From Antedon mediterranea (Eukaryota > Animalia > Echinodermata): a stretch of 64,000 nt of DNA. Shown one piece after another: positions 13,501 to 27,600 of the stretch (within the stretch, counting starts at the first letter, position 1; each line of letters opens with the position of its first letter). The position numbers were made by a program, and so were the translations under genes. The stretch is from contig NC_092677.1 in assembly GCF_964355755.1 (NCBI RefSeq), positions 10,624,101 to 10,688,100 of the forward strand, read 5' to 3'. The notes below the pieces were generated by a model. That model was given only the letters and a program-made list of their open reading frames with translations. It was not told the DNA's origin and made no database searches.

Positions 13501-16500
13501 TCTGAAATTTATTTATTTATGTTTTAGGACAAAACAGAAGCAGATGTTGAAAGGATTAAAAGCACATTAATGTTGTGCTATGGTTACCTGGCGTTGTACG
13601 CACCTCATGACCTAATTACATCAAGACTTGAAGCCAACATACTAAGGAACGTCAAACCACACTTTAGTAATATTAAGGTTAGTACAGTCAACTCTCGCAA
13701 TACCGGACACCTTTGGGCAGTTCCAAATATGTCTGGTTTTCTGAAAAGTCTGGTATTCGGAATGCATTTTTAATGGTAAAAATGAATTTATAACTTCAAG
13801 AAAAGTCTGGTATTGGGAGAGTTTACGGTTTTTAGGGAGTCTGGTATTGGAGAGTTGACTGTATAGCTCGGAGAAATATTGGACTTTTTTAGAAATAAGA
13901 AATTACTGATCTACATACTTACAAAAGCTAGTCATAATTAGTCCATAGTCAAAATTTTAATACAATAATATTCCTTTGTCTATTTTATAAACTATTACTT
14001 TTGTTTTGATATATTTAGGACACGGCAGTAAAACAGAATTTAATACGAGCCGTTGACTTGATTGGAAAAGCAGTTCAACCTGGACACTTGAGGGTGTCCT
14101 ACATATTTAGCCGTAAAGTGGAGTTAATGGATCACATGCAGATATTTATGAAGCAGGAGAGTACAAAGGAACTGGCGACCAACACCCGAGCACTGGCCAT
14201 GCAAGCCTGTGCTACATTAGTGTATCCTTTAAGCCGATTTTCCACTAGGCGAATTTGTTTGCGCGAATCGAAAGCGTCAGTTTATACACATACGTAGAGA
14301 GGTATTTGGAAGATGCAAACATGAATACGCATGCGTATAAGCTGACGCTATCGATTCGTGCGAATAAATTCGCCTAGTGGAAAACCAGCTTTACAAGCTC
14401 TACAAAGTAGTCAAGTTACAATTCAGCTAAAAAAAAAACCAGATCTCAAGAAAGGAGATCTTACAACTGTCCACACATTCTAAACTTAGTGAGATTTACC
14501 AGTCGCAAGAAACAAATTGTCCAATGCGAACTTGGCTTTAAGCCGAATTGAAACCGTCAGCTTATACGCATGTGTAGAGAGGGATATGGAAGATGGAAAC
14601 ATGAATACTCATGCTTATAAGCTGACGCTTTTGATTCCCGTGAACAAATTTGCCTAATGGAAAATCAGTTTTAGGAATATTTGACATTTAGTACTGGAGT
14701 AAAACATTCTTAGATAGATAAACAAATGTTTCTTTAACAGTTTCACAGTAAAGTTGATCCAGTGCTAAAAGAAGCTGAGACCTTTGACCTAATTAAAACA
14801 AGTACAGACTGTGTATTTAAACTACCAAACTGTATTTATCCTGTGAAAGGAAAAGAAGATCTGACAACAGAACAAATAAAAGAGAGTGATGAATTCCTAG
14901 ATAGCGTCAAAGATTCATTAGTTAGTTTACTGCAGGAAATTCTCAACAAAAATCTGTCACCACAGGGTTTACAAGAAATATATAAGGTTTGTACTTTTCA
15001 TTTATCAGCATTTTGTAGTCAGGATAGATCAAACTATGGGCACGTGTAGAATGTAATATATTACATGCACGCAAGACCTATACAAGGTGCTTTATTAATT
15101 TATTAATAATAATATGGATTTATAAAGCGCTGTGTCGTGATACTCCATAATGCAGGTAGTAATCAGCGCAGCGTTCTGTCTTGACCTTACCAGGTACCCA
15201 TTTGTAAACCTAGTTGGAGAAAGGGAAGTGTCTTGCCTAAGGATACAGGGAATGCAACAAGCGCATTGGATTTGAACACATGATCGGTGGTCCAACACCC
15301 AACATACCGTGCCACACGCATATTGTCCCACCAAATTTTCAAAAGAAATATGTTTTGGTTGGTTTTGATTGATATATTTTATATTACATAGTTTCTTTTT
15401 CTTGATTTCAATAGCATCTACAGCCGTGGATTATATCACTAGAGAACCATGAAAGACAAAGATCAATGAGAACCCTGCTTCGTCTTCTACAATTCCATTA
15501 TGAGAAACTTGCTACACAGGACTCGGTAAATTTTTATTTAATTATTACAATTATAAATCATAAATTAAACATAGTTATTATCATTTGACATACAGATTAA
15601 GAACTTACTGTTTACTGTCAGATATATCACACGTAATTGAATTGAAAAAAAAAAGAATTCATTTTTAAGAATTGTTAAAAGATAAAATAATAATGCTGAG
15701 TTAGAATTACTGGCTCTGGTAAAAATGTGTTTGAATTCAATGAAAACAATGATTTAAATTCTGGTGTTTTTTTATTAACCAAATCTAAAGCGTGGTTCCC
15801 ACTAGCGACGCAACGCAAGGACGTAACGCAACGCAAGTGAATTGACCAATCACAAGCGATGGCTTATTCGCTTGTGATTGCTAACTGTCTATAACTTCGC
15901 TTGCCATTGGTTAAAACGCTTGCGTTGCGTTTACATCTTTGCGTTACGTTCTAGTGGGAACCAAGCTTAAACCAAGTTGCCAACTACCTGTTAATTTTTT
16001 TCTTTGCTATAGTATTTTTATGATTTATGTTTAATTTCTTTTTCTTTCTTCTATAATATTTATTTTTGTTTTCAGAGTGGAATAGTATTTTTCAACCTCG
16101 GTTCACTACTTGGTAGTATTGTTCCCAGGTGCTCTGATCCTAATCTGATGGTCAGAGAAGATGCTATTGAAAGCATTCAAATTATACTAAGGATTTCACT
16201 TCGATATGATGGTAAGTTGACTGTAATAAAAATCTAAGAATATATAATAAACTAGTTTTTAAGGACTTGATGTGTATAAGAGCTATATGAGCGTATTCAA
16301 ATGATATCTAGAAAGTCATGATATTATGATTGTGATAATTTATTGATTTTGGTTTAAATAATATTTATAGGTCAACCACCTGAATATAAAGACCCTATGG
16401 TTGAAGCGTTGTCCACGCTGCGAGATCGTGTTTCCCAAGGTGATGCACAAGTATTGTTTAGTGTTGTGAATGACATATCAAAGGTTAGTACATCTCTTTT

Positions 16501-19500
16501 TAAATTATTTTATGCTATTAGTATTAGTAGTTAGTAGTACACCATGTGTTTCTGAAAAGGAAGTAAAGTAATGTTGTGAATAGAGTAATGAAATACAGTT
16601 CTAAAAATAGTTTTGCATCTAACGTTTTTAGACGTAAATGCAAGTCATGCACTGAAAATAAGTTAATTTTGATTCATCTCTTCTCAGGCTTTAGCAAAGA
16701 AGATGCCATCTGAGCAGTTGAATGACTTCTTAGCTAATTTGTATAATGGTTTACTGGACAGTCAGAGTCACTGTTCCAGCGGTGCTTGTGTTGTTATTAA
16801 CACTATCATGAAGACAAGAGGTCCAGAACTACTGGCCGAGGTACAGTTATGATTTTAATGTGGTCATTGTATTTAGGTCTTTGTACTTGGTAAGGTGATC
16901 TTTTTGCAGCTCAAACAAAGTTGTACTGGGGTTGTATGCAGAAGAAGTGTCAGATGCACAAACACACATGTACAACTTAACTAATCCAAATATGGTAGTG
17001 TATATAGATATTTCCTCTGATCAAGGCGGGCACTGGACGAGAGAAGCCCTTGATAGGATGATGAAGTAAGGTGCTAGTTTCAACCATCATTCAGATGAAT
17101 ATAAGACTATATTGATATTGTTGTTTGCGACAGGCATTGGTCATGAAATAAATCATTATAAATATAAGGCCCACTAACTTGTAAACAGTTATTATTCTTG
17201 GATGGTTTATGGTATAAAAATTCTTCTTTCAACTATTGTTTTAGGTTGGTAACATAATCAATGCCTTACACACAAATCTCCGAGCCATCACCTACCCACA
17301 GACAAGATCTGGCGTATTCCGAGCTATAAGAACGCTGGCTTCCAATCATCTTACTCCAGTCTTTGATAGACTTTTGAATTTTCCACTTCCATATGATGAG
17401 TAAGTGACTATCTACCTCAAAATGTGCCCTAATTATAATACACCAAAGAGATTTTCTAAACACTAACCCAATTATGGATATCTTAGCCAACTTGTGAAAA
17501 TGCTTTATTGTTTTATTATGTACAACGATTTCTTGTTAATTCTGGAAGATTTGATTGATGTTTCTGTTTCTTTGCTGTTTAAGGATATTTGTATTTATTA
17601 TTTGAGGCGCCTTGAAGCTAAGGTGGCTTCACCTTGTGAGGTCTCCTATCGGAACTGAAATGTTCTGTGCCATTCTTTGAAAATTGCATCTTCAGCAAAA
17701 ATGTAGTGGTCAATGTCTATTCATTAATAACTGACTATCATGTTGTAGGCACATTACAGATTGTTGGCGGACATTAGCTGTAGATCCTGTTTTAGCCCAA
17801 GCAATCTTTGATCAGGTTATTGATATGCTAAACCGTCAGGTTCACTACGATGAAAAACGTGACCAGAAGACGCAAAAGGTTCTACTGAAGGTTGCCACAA
17901 TACCAACACTATCAGTAAGTGTGCACAATTTACTAGGAGCGTGATATGTATGATAAATATATCATGCGATTTATAACATAATCAGGGATGTTGCTAAAGA
18001 AGAATAGGGATGGGTGTCAAAAACTTAATGGTTGGGGGGAAAAAATAAGAGTACTTTTAGGTAGTTTCTTGGATGTGTGCTATAAATATAAAAGGGGGAA
18101 TAACCTGCGACTTGCAACCTACTGGGCTAAATTGCACACAGGTGTTGACGACGCATACCACAACTTTCAACTCCCCTAAGAGTCCCGACCTTAATGTTGA
18201 GAGCTGCCACCAAATTAAACAGTGCCCGTTTGTCTATCCACAATTACAGGGGCTGAATGGACCAATACACCAGATGTGTGCAAAGGACCTCCAGTTTTAA
18301 GTCTTTATCTGATTGTATAGCTATGTTGAAGTCAGGTTTGGTGGAAGACATTAACTTTAGGATTGGTGGGCTTAAAATTCCTGCTGACCTCTACTTGCCA
18401 CAAAATACACCCGTGAATTATAGTATAAATTGAGGTCATATCTTGTTTTTTAGGCAGTCTGTGCTCTGACAGAAGTGCTACGAGTTCCTGAGACAGAAGC
18501 AAAGGTTGTAGAGAACTTTCATAGGCTGTTTTCTGTTCTGATTGTCTACACTGGTTCATGCATCGATGTCAAACCAGCCAAATTGTCCGATGTAGCAGAC
18601 GGGAAAATATCAAAGGAGAAAAAAGCACAAATGAAATTACTTGCTTCTCTAAATCCTTCCAGGTTTGTATATAGAGTAGAATCTCTCCTTAGGGAGAAAC
18701 ATATTCCATTGAAACTCCTATTAAGGGGACACTTCCTGTGAAATGGAGAAGGGCCAGGTATGTGTCTATTTAAAGGGGACACTTTGTTGGTTCTTGAAGG
18801 TGTAGCCTTAATAGGTTATTTACTGTATTTAATACAACAATGTATATATGTGTCATCTGGCTGCACTTGGCTATCATACTTACTTAGTCCGGGACATGTA
18901 TTTCACTATGAAGCCATTCATTGTTTTTTTTTTAAATAGTGTTGCAATAGAAGCTGTGAGAGTACTCCTTGAACGAGCAAATTGCCAGAAAGTTCTTGAA
19001 GCAATTGAAGAGGAAGATATGATAAATAACCTAAAAGAACTTGACAAGCTACCTGATGGAATAACTGCCATTGCTAAGTAAGTTTTAATGACTTAAGACC
19101 TGAACACCCCTTAATAAAAATAAAATGATCCATTCAAAAAAAGAAATCTCTTTGATGAGACAAACTTAAACTGTGCTTTGGATATGATATATGAATTATT
19201 TGGAAATAATTTCTTTATATTTAATTTTTCTTTATTTTTTTTGTAGGGAATTGGTAGAATATAACCCAGAGTATGTTGGTAAGATAATGGCCTGTCTTAA
19301 CCCATCTCTTGCCAGCCTTTATGAAAGCCAAAGAATTGTGGTTGTGGCATTCTTTGCGGAGGTAAGTAGTCTCAGGATGACTAGCTATTAACTGCTGACA
19401 TCATGTAAAGCTAACTAAAAGTGTGACGTGCCCAAATATGGTAGTGATATGATGTCATCGTGTCACATATAAAGTTTGATAGTGTAGACAGAGCTTAAGC

Positions 19501-22500
19501 TTTGTATTTATTTCTGATTGGTCCCATGGAACACCACTCCATATGCTGTTGGATCGTTTCTAATGAAATTTGAAGACCAGAAACACTGTCCAGTTTTATA
19601 TCATTTAAAATGTTTGTGCTCCCTATTTTAGCTCATAAATCAGAAATGTGGAGGTGACATGTCAATGGTGGAAATGATAGTAAACAATCTGTTAGGACGT
19701 CTGGTTGATGCAAACCACATTGTCAGGATGCTCTGTATCAGGGGTCTTGGTAACATTGCCAGTGCTGGAGAGGATCAAGTAAGTTGCTTTAGTATTGGCC
19801 TAGACCCATGGAGAAATAAGTTAGGACTTAACTTATTTCTCCATGCCTAGACATTCTAGTCCTCACTTATCATCCTCATCCATCAATATTGTTGTCATCG
19901 GAGATCTTAGAGTGAAGCTGTAGTGTGGTGGTTTAGATGTTTGGCTAATAATAATTCCCAGGATTTGTTTTTTTTTTATGACGGAACTCCACTCTCAAAG
20001 ACTTTAAAAAACTTGAAATGAGATGTGATTGTCTCCCGGTGTGCACCTGATATTTGGTCATATGAATATGATCTGTATTTTATTGTTAACCGTTTTTGAT
20101 GTTGTATTGTTTTATGTTTCAAACCTGTTAGTGGCGGTATTTATCGCTGTTGGTTTTGATTGAATAAAATAAAATAAAATAAAATGATTCATTTTCACTC
20201 TTTCTAAACCACAGGTGCAGAAATACTGTACAACAGTTTTGTCTGCCATGATGGCAGGAATGGATGACAAAGAAGACCCTGAAGATAACATTACACTAGA
20301 GTCGATGTCAGGCCTGTCGCGTATACTAACACAGATAGATGAAAGCAGTATACGCCCAATCCTTGTGAACATTACCCTTAGGATACGACCATGCTTTGAA
20401 AAGGTAAGGGTAATTTATACAGTCAATCCCTATTCAAGGGACACTTTATTGAGCCCCCAAATAGGGGTTCAACTGTAAAAGCTATGTTTACACTATCAAA
20501 CTTTATGTGACGAAAAATGTGATGGGCCATACATGGACATGATGATATGGCATATCACTACCATATTTTAGCACATTACAATTTTTTTTGGTCAAATTAG
20601 TTAGACAGAGCTTTACTTTAAATGCTATAATACTTCTGCAAGAATTTATAAATCTGTTAATGTTATATAAATTTGTTGTCTTTAATTTTGCATAGCAACG
20701 AGCATCTGTACGAGCAGCAGCATTTATGTTATTTGGTAACTTGAGTCACTTTGGCGACGGACCTTCTCGTGCACCTTTCCTGGAGCAAATACATACCAAC
20801 TTTGTCAGTGTATTGTTGCATCTCAATGATGAGGATGTGGAAGTCAGAAAGGTAATAAATGTATTAAACTATAGTGCCATAAAAATGGCCACTAGGTGGA
20901 TGTACCTATTTGACAGTTAATGTTATGTTGTATCCCGTAGGTTGATATAATTATGGTTTTTGATGCCCCTGTGTTGACCAATCTACACACTTTATAATGT
21001 GATTATATTCTTGAAAGAATTTCATTTAATTAAAAATTATTATTATTATTATTATTATTATTTTTTACAGTCATGCAAGCATGCATTGCGTCAGTTTGGA
21101 CCATTGCTAGGGTCTACAAGTATTAATGAAATGTTCCAAAAACATCTAATTGTTGATGGCAATTTAAACTATGGCGAGTTTATGTATGATCTTACGAAAG
21201 TCATTGTGAGTTTGGTTTCACTTCTCTTTTAAGCTCTGTCTACACTTTCAAACTTATGTAACAACAAATGTAATGTGCCCATATATGGACATGATGATGT
21301 CATATCACTACCATATTGGGCACATCAAACTAGTTTGATAGTGTAGACAGAGTATTGTGTTGATAAAATAAAGTTTATGTTTTACTGGGAAACACAGGAA
21401 TTAAGTGGTTAATGAAACTGAAACCAATTTATATTAAATAGTCATAAACTTGTTCATTTAGGACATCCCTTATAAAGCAACATTTCGTGTGTAAGGGGTC
21501 TTTCACACCTGTTCCGGCACGGTTCCGGTACAGCGCCGGAAAATCCAATCGAACGTCGATGTTTCGTTTTCACGCGGCTACGCGCATATCAATTGGCTCA
21601 TAGCCGCGTGGAGCGTCATGACAAAGAAACATTGATGTTCGATTCGCTGGACCGGAAGCGTGCCGGAACATGTGTGAAAGAGCCTTAAGGAATGAGGGAA
21701 AATATATATTTTAATACTATGGTGACACTTTTTTATTGGGTTTCGAAAGTGTCACTGTAATAGGGGTTATTATTACACAAAGGTATTACACATTTATTAT
21801 CTAATTTGGAAAAAAAAAGTACTGTATATGCTGATTTCTGTTACTTCAATCTCTTAGATTGCTGATTTTATCCAGAAGATTAACTTCTTCGTAATGGGTA
21901 ACGTATCGTTCTTCCGAAGTACCTGGCCTGAAATCCGTAGCAACGCAGCAATATTTGTAGGCTTTTTACTTGGCAATTTGCCAAAGGCTCAACATAGTTT
22001 AATTACAAAGGATCATGTATGTGGAGGTAAGGCTACTTTATAATTAATTTATTTATTTTTCAGGAATATCATGTTTCAATGTGTGGCAATAAATAGCTGA
22101 TTCTTGGTACTGTACCTATAGTATATCCATATATTATAGGCAAATAGGTCGCCTATATATCACATGTAACCACCTGTATCATAGGCCATAAGCTAACATG
22201 ATACAGGTGGCACGTTTGATACATATGTGACATTTGCCTATGATAGTGGTCAGGTAATGCCATGTACGGAGATACAGTACACAGAATCGGGTGCAATAGA
22301 GGTATACAAGAATCACAGCCAACATGAAATATTCCATCAATATGTAATTTTTGTTTTTGCATCCAATTTTTTTTCATTGTGTTTTAATTTTCATGTCAAT
22401 ATTGAACAATAGCTAATGACATTTGGAATAAGTAATAATACCTTTTAGCTTTAGATTTATATTGTTTTTTACCCATATGTATTTATATGTTATGTATCCT

Positions 22501-22758
22501 TGTCATACATTTTTATACTTGTCTGTTCTTTTTGTTCATTTTATACCATGTAAAATTCAATTTCTGTTTACTTCGATTGCAATAAAGATTATTTGAATTG
22601 AATTGGATACTCACAGTTTGAATATACTGAGATTTGTTTTCTTGTTTTAATGTTGAATGTTTATTTTGTCCACAGCTTTAACATTACTGTTAAAAGACCC
22701 AGTGCCATCTGTAAGAATAAAAGCAGCTGAAGCAATGAGTCTACTGTTTGAGTATTAA
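4560..22758 (+). CDS. MROH1: Maestro HEAT-like repeat protein 1; ~35 coding exons, ~1640 aa
   Basis: In-frame exons from MVTALVDAAYDKKPEVRNII (4560) through EVDPQWQTAASGVLVALG, KNHNELLRCFSVIA, MLCYGYLALYAPHDLITSRLE, LGSIVPRCSDP, VRMLCIRGLGNIA, WPEIRSNAAIFVGFLLGNL to LLKDPVPSVRIKAAEAMSLLFEY* (TAA 22756-22758). Exons total ~4.9 kb, matching the recalled MROH1 size. An upstream exon may lie outside the window. Confidence 0.93.
7411..7590. mobile_element. Short GC-rich DNA-transposon-like repeat with CAGTGGC...GCCACTG-type ends
   Basis: Shares gcgctcactgg-aaacccaggg...agtgc-caga...ggcctccag with 10054-10239 (which ends gccactg) and a reverse copy at ~4980-5116. No clear TSD. Confidence 0.55.
8968..9105 (+). 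mobile_element. tRNA-derived SINE family 1
   Basis: A-box tagcttggtgg, B-box gggttcaatcc and shared tail ctgacctagtgccag...ctccactc...cctcaaatga. Copies at 11983-12125, 19911-20050 and (minus) ~46775-46872. Confidence 0.75.
13685..13861. mobile_element. Tc1/mariner (pogo/Tigger-like) MITE
   Basis: TIRs cagtcaactctc/gagagttgactg, TA on both sides, internal gtctggtatt repeats. Similar TA-CAG...CTG-TA elements at ~18670-18826, 20419-20476, 27660-27810, 45448-45643, 61129-61215. Confidence 0.8.
14222..14748 (+). other. U12-type (minor spliceosome) GT-AG intron in MROH1
   Basis: 5' site GTATCCTTT; branch-like TTCTTTAAC about 10 nt before the terminal cacag; splicing restores the frame ATLV|KVDPVLKE. 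Confidence 0.88.
14232..14390. mobile_element. Palindromic Harbinger-type MITE family C
   Basis: agccgattttccactaggcgaattt...aaattcgcctagtggaaaaccagct, near-full-length inverted symmetry, flanked by TTA; second degenerate copy ~14540-14673. Confidence 0.75.
15110..15335 (-). mobile_element. SINE family 2 (tRNA head plus conserved core)
   Basis: Core ccaggtaccyatttgtacac-tgggtggagag shared with 62925-63335 (core triplicated) and 33230-33372; B-box-like motif on the minus strand (gatttgaac, gattcgaac); (AAT)n tails. Confidence 0.65.
15789..15967. mobile_element. Harbinger-type MITE family B
   Basis: TIRs agcgtggttcccactag/ctagtgggaaccaagct with TAA target duplication. Near-identical copy at 47031-47209; partial copies at ~42420-42546 and ~51290-51418. 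Confidence 0.85.
21495..21685. mobile_element. Palindromic Harbinger-type MITE
   Basis: ggggtctttcacacctgttccggcac ... gtgccggaacatgtgtgaaagagcc with TAA/TTA flanks. Confidence 0.7.
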
Positions 22759-24601
22759 TGCCCAAATATGGATTGATGTGCCCAAATATGGTATTGATAT
22801 GCCCAAATATGGTAGTGATATGACATCATCTTGTCCATATATGGGCACATCACATTTTTTGTCACATAATGTTTTATAGTGTAGACTAAATATAGTGTAA
22901 ATATATTAACATCAAAACACAAAGGTAATCAAACATGGTGAAATATTATAATAAATAATAAACATTGCATTGGTGCTAACAAAGCTCATATAATGGAATC
23001 AATTGTACTGTAGTTACTGCAGTAAATATATTTTCTACTGTAGTTACTGTTTTGTTTCCACTTTAACCTGTTTATCCAAATATTTAGCAAGATTTTGAGG
23101 ATAATCATACACACTGTAGTATCTGCTTCTTAAACTTCTAAATTTAAACAAACGATATGTTATTGCAGTAAACAATGTAATTACTGCAGTAATTGTGCTA
23201 AAATGTGACAAATCAGAATTTATCCATCTTTATAATTTTGAATCATTTAGATGATAATGATAAGCAACTCCCAAATTTGATATTAAGCCCATTCTACTAA
23301 TAGACTTGTTCTGAAAGTTCACCCAATATTTGAAGAAAAAATTTGCATACAGAAAGTGAATAATGATCATCATCTTCCTATACTGCACAGAACCTCACTT
23401 GAGTATAGTCGCACATAAATATCCATCCTTTACTTAATAATTGTAAAAACAGGCTGGGGAAAATCCGAATAATATTATTATTAATTAATATAATATAAAT
23501 AATATAATTATAAACTTAATAATGTGCTAAATATGTACCTCAATGTAAGTTTGAGGTTGTAAAGCTCTGTCTACACTATTAAACTAGTTTGACAAAAAAA
23601 GTGTGATATGCCATCATCATGTCTTAATGGGCACATCACATTTTTTTATCACATAAAGTTTGATAGTGTAGACATAGCTTATGGTTTGCCATATACACAT
23701 CCTTGAAAATAAAAACATGAAGCATGGCAAGCATATTGGTGACCCCATCAACGGAATTAAATGCTGTTGATATTATAATATAAAATTAATACTGTGTATT
23801 ATAAAGTACTATATTAGCAACATTTATTAACGATTTTCTTTTATTAATTTTTATTTATATGCTAGCATATTGGGGATATGATTAAGCAATATTTGTTTTA
23901 ATTTGTATAATGTAAAAATTACAATCAGTTCTCATTAATTCATAGCAATAACATAAATTAAATTATATTTTTATGATTGTCTTTTCTTACTACTACTACT
24001 ACTACTACAGTGGTAATAATTTGTTTATTGAAAATGTAATTTACGTTATATGAGATGTATATCATTTTCTTGGAAAGTGTATGCCTTATACCTTACTTAA
24101 CCAAAAAAGAGTTTATAATGAATGAAAAAGAGAATATGGTTTAAAAAAATATTTTCATTCATTTTCTTCGTCTTCCTTTTTTAAAAAAAATATTAAAATT
24201 TATTACTGGTCTGTATATATTTTAAGAAATATGTTAAGAATGATTTTTGTGAAGAATATATTAAAATTAATTATATTAATAATACTGAATAATAAAGATA
24301 TGTTTATGGATTGATATTTTCCCAAATTTATATGATAAAAAAAACACTATTATTTAATCTCAATAGTACTACTGTACAAGCCTTTGTTTTAATTTGCATA
24401 TTGTTAATTTGTATCATAGGTGACCGGTGTAAAAATATTGCTTCAAAGATATTAAATTTGCAAAGAAAAAGTTATGGTGTTTGAATACTTTGATTTCAAA
24501 AGATTTGTGTTTTTAAATGCACATTGCTTACATTAAAAATAGGCCTATAATACAATACATTTGCCTGAAAAGTTACGATTTTTCCAATGACCCAAGTTTT
24601 G

Positions 24602-27600
24602 TTATTCTTCCTTCGTTTTAATATAGTTGATGGCCTTTGTAATCAGGTCTACTTTCTTATCTTTACTCTTCACCACAACCCCTTTCTGCTTAAGCCACAC
24701 AGTCAGTGTCAGAGCATTCACTTTACTTAGCTGCAAAAAAAAACAAATGTTTTACATAATTTTTTTTGGTTAATTGCCCGAGTCTATTTCAGAATTAAAA
24801 ATAATGTCTGATATCTTTAAATATAATTGATATTAGATTATTTTCAAACCTTATTTTCCAATGCAAGTTTCTGTATGTCCACATTTTCTTGCAACTTCGG
24901 TTTCTCTCTTGGTTTCTTTGGAGCTGGGCTGTTATCACCAACCTGGTTTCAATATAAATAAATGTAGAGAAAATAACACTCAATAATATTGTAGCCTATA
25001 GCCATTCACACCAGGCTTCCCAATCTTCTGAATAAATATATTATATATATATATTACTAATAATTGTTCTTTTCTGGAAATAGAGCAAGCAATGAAATGA
25101 TTCATAATATCTTCATACCTGTAGCTTTTTTCTCTTAACAGTTTTACTTGAGATCACCTCTCGATTGCTCTTGGCAGCATTACTGCTGCTAACATTTGGT
25201 GTCTGTAGAGGAGGTGGTCTGGCTTGCAGTCTGTCATTAGATATTTTATGAAATGATGGCGCGACTCGATTAAGTGCTTGCACAAGAGGTGGTCTGGCTT
25301 GCGGCCTGTCATTAGACATTCTATGAAATGATGGCACGACTCGGTGAGGTGCCTGCACAAGAGATGTATGTGAATCTGAGTTGAGCTTGTTTCTTTGAAA
25401 TGATGGAAAACTTTTAGTAGAGTTGGTCATTGACAAAGATGCTCTGTTCACCAGTGTTGACTGTTGCGGAGTCGCTGATGTCGAAAACTGTGTGGAAGAT
25501 TGTATTGCAGAGTGTTTCACTGTAGCATGGTTTTTCTGAGCTCTTTGTAGTGTATCCGATATGGCAGATCGTTTAGCTGGTTTAAATGTAGGAGCAATAG
25601 GTGTTCTTGTGTTTATCATGCTCTTTACTGATCCATTCTTTTCTTGATTTACTCTTTCTACATTGTATATTGATTGTCTAAACATGGGTATGACCTTCCG
25701 TACTTGTTCACAGGTTGCAGGTCCTGTAACTTCCTGTATCACGTTGCTGTTCATCTGCTGTGAAATTGTCTTATCATATGCATTGTGGCCATTCATACTT
25801 CTATTTTGGTGAGCTGTAACTTCATTGTTTCGTTTCATGGATGGTGGCACATCGCAAGACAAGGTCATAGTACGAGGAGGAGCAACCGGAGTTGTGGACA
25901 GATTTGCGGTTGTAGGTTCAAAGTTCTGTTAAATATAAAATTTGAAAGAAAAGAATGTTTGTGTACAATTTTCATCGGTTTACAATTAAATTTGAAAAAG
26001 TATTCTCACCTGTGAGCTGACTTCTTGTAATCGTTTTACTGGATATCTAGGTTTTGTGGCCAGCTCTATCGGACACCCACACATTGACGCAACCTTCTTC
26101 TGAAAATCCATCACAAACGTCTTCAAAACTACTTCATAATTAACACGTGGCAAGTAATTCACATCAAACTTTCGCACACACCAATGTGGATACCTTTATA
26201 TAGCTAAGAAATTTTTTGCAATTGTGAGGGAATAGAGTAACAATGATGTTTCAATGATTTAAAATCATTTTTATATGTGGTTAGTAGGAAAAGAGATAAC
26301 TATTATGTGGTCTTTGAAAATTAATATTTTGTCATAATATCTGATCCAGATGTTGTAGTAGCACTAAGGCAAGCCAACAGGACACTGAGCTCGCCAAGAT
26401 AAGAACTCGTAATTAACAGTCCTTTGATCTTATGTCTGGCTGCGACAAATACCAACAGTACTGTACTATGTACATATTCTCTGTGGTTTCTGATGTCTGT
26501 TAAGGGATGTGTCGCAGTCACAGGTAAACTCTTTGATCTCCGGAGCTCAGCATCCTGTTGTTAGACTGCCTGTGTCATCCAGCCTTTTTACAAAAGGATA
26601 CGTAAAGAGTATTGGACCAATGCCAGGAAAGTGAATGTTGCAGTATACTGTTTTGGCTTCATCTTCTGGCAAACGATATCCATACTAAATAAAAAAAATA
26701 TATATTCTGAAATGCTATACTCACTGACTGCAATGGAAAAGGTAAAAGTTATTTATTTACTTATTAAAACTTACGGTGTTCTTCCAGTATCTTTTTATAT
26801 CTTTAAAGGACTTGAATGGACTTGTTTCTGGTATATAGCGCGATATATTCACAAGTTTGCCTTTCTTCATACTAAACATGCATGCAAGATAACAACTAAT
26901 TTTTATGTCATTTTATAATAGTATTGGTAACAATACCATTTTCATGTAATACTCTTTATATAAACAAAGGCCATTCTCACCAATAAAGTTTGTCACAAGG
27001 CCCATCCATTGATTAATTAATAAAATCATCTCTTTCTATAATCCCAAATGAATATTAAAATGGATCTAAAAAGTGGTAATGGCTGACAGAAAGCTATGAC
27101 TACCTATGGCTTTTAAGCTCTGTCTACACTATTAAACTTTATGTGACAAATCACTACCATATTTGGGCATATTACCACCATATTTGTACACATCACACTT
27201 TTTTTTATCAAACTAGTTTGATAGTGTAGACAGAGCTTAAGTATAGTTAAGAATAATGGAAATAATAATAATAATAATAATAAACAATATTTATATAGCG
27301 CCTAATGGATCAATGACCCCTCTAGGTGCTTTACATTAGACCCTAACTAATGGTAATAAACTATCCCCCGCCGGACACCATTCCAGTATTTCTTAGTCGA
27401 AGTAAACTGCAGAATACCTTGGTAGTACATGACACCATTTATCATCAATTGAGAATTCTTGAATCACGTAATCCTTAGAATTCCAAAAATGGTTTAACAC
27501 TGGTGGGCAAATTTCAAAATCCTGCAGCTTTAAAATAAAACAAATCCATTTTTATCATTGGCTTTATCATTCTGCTACAGTATATGGAGGGATATATAAA

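Noticed and set aside
17010-17100. GC-rich intronic patch with hairpin (tcaagg...ccttga) and ATGATGA, a possible C/D snoRNA
   Set aside because: No properly placed D box (CTGA) with terminal stem downstream; insufficient support.
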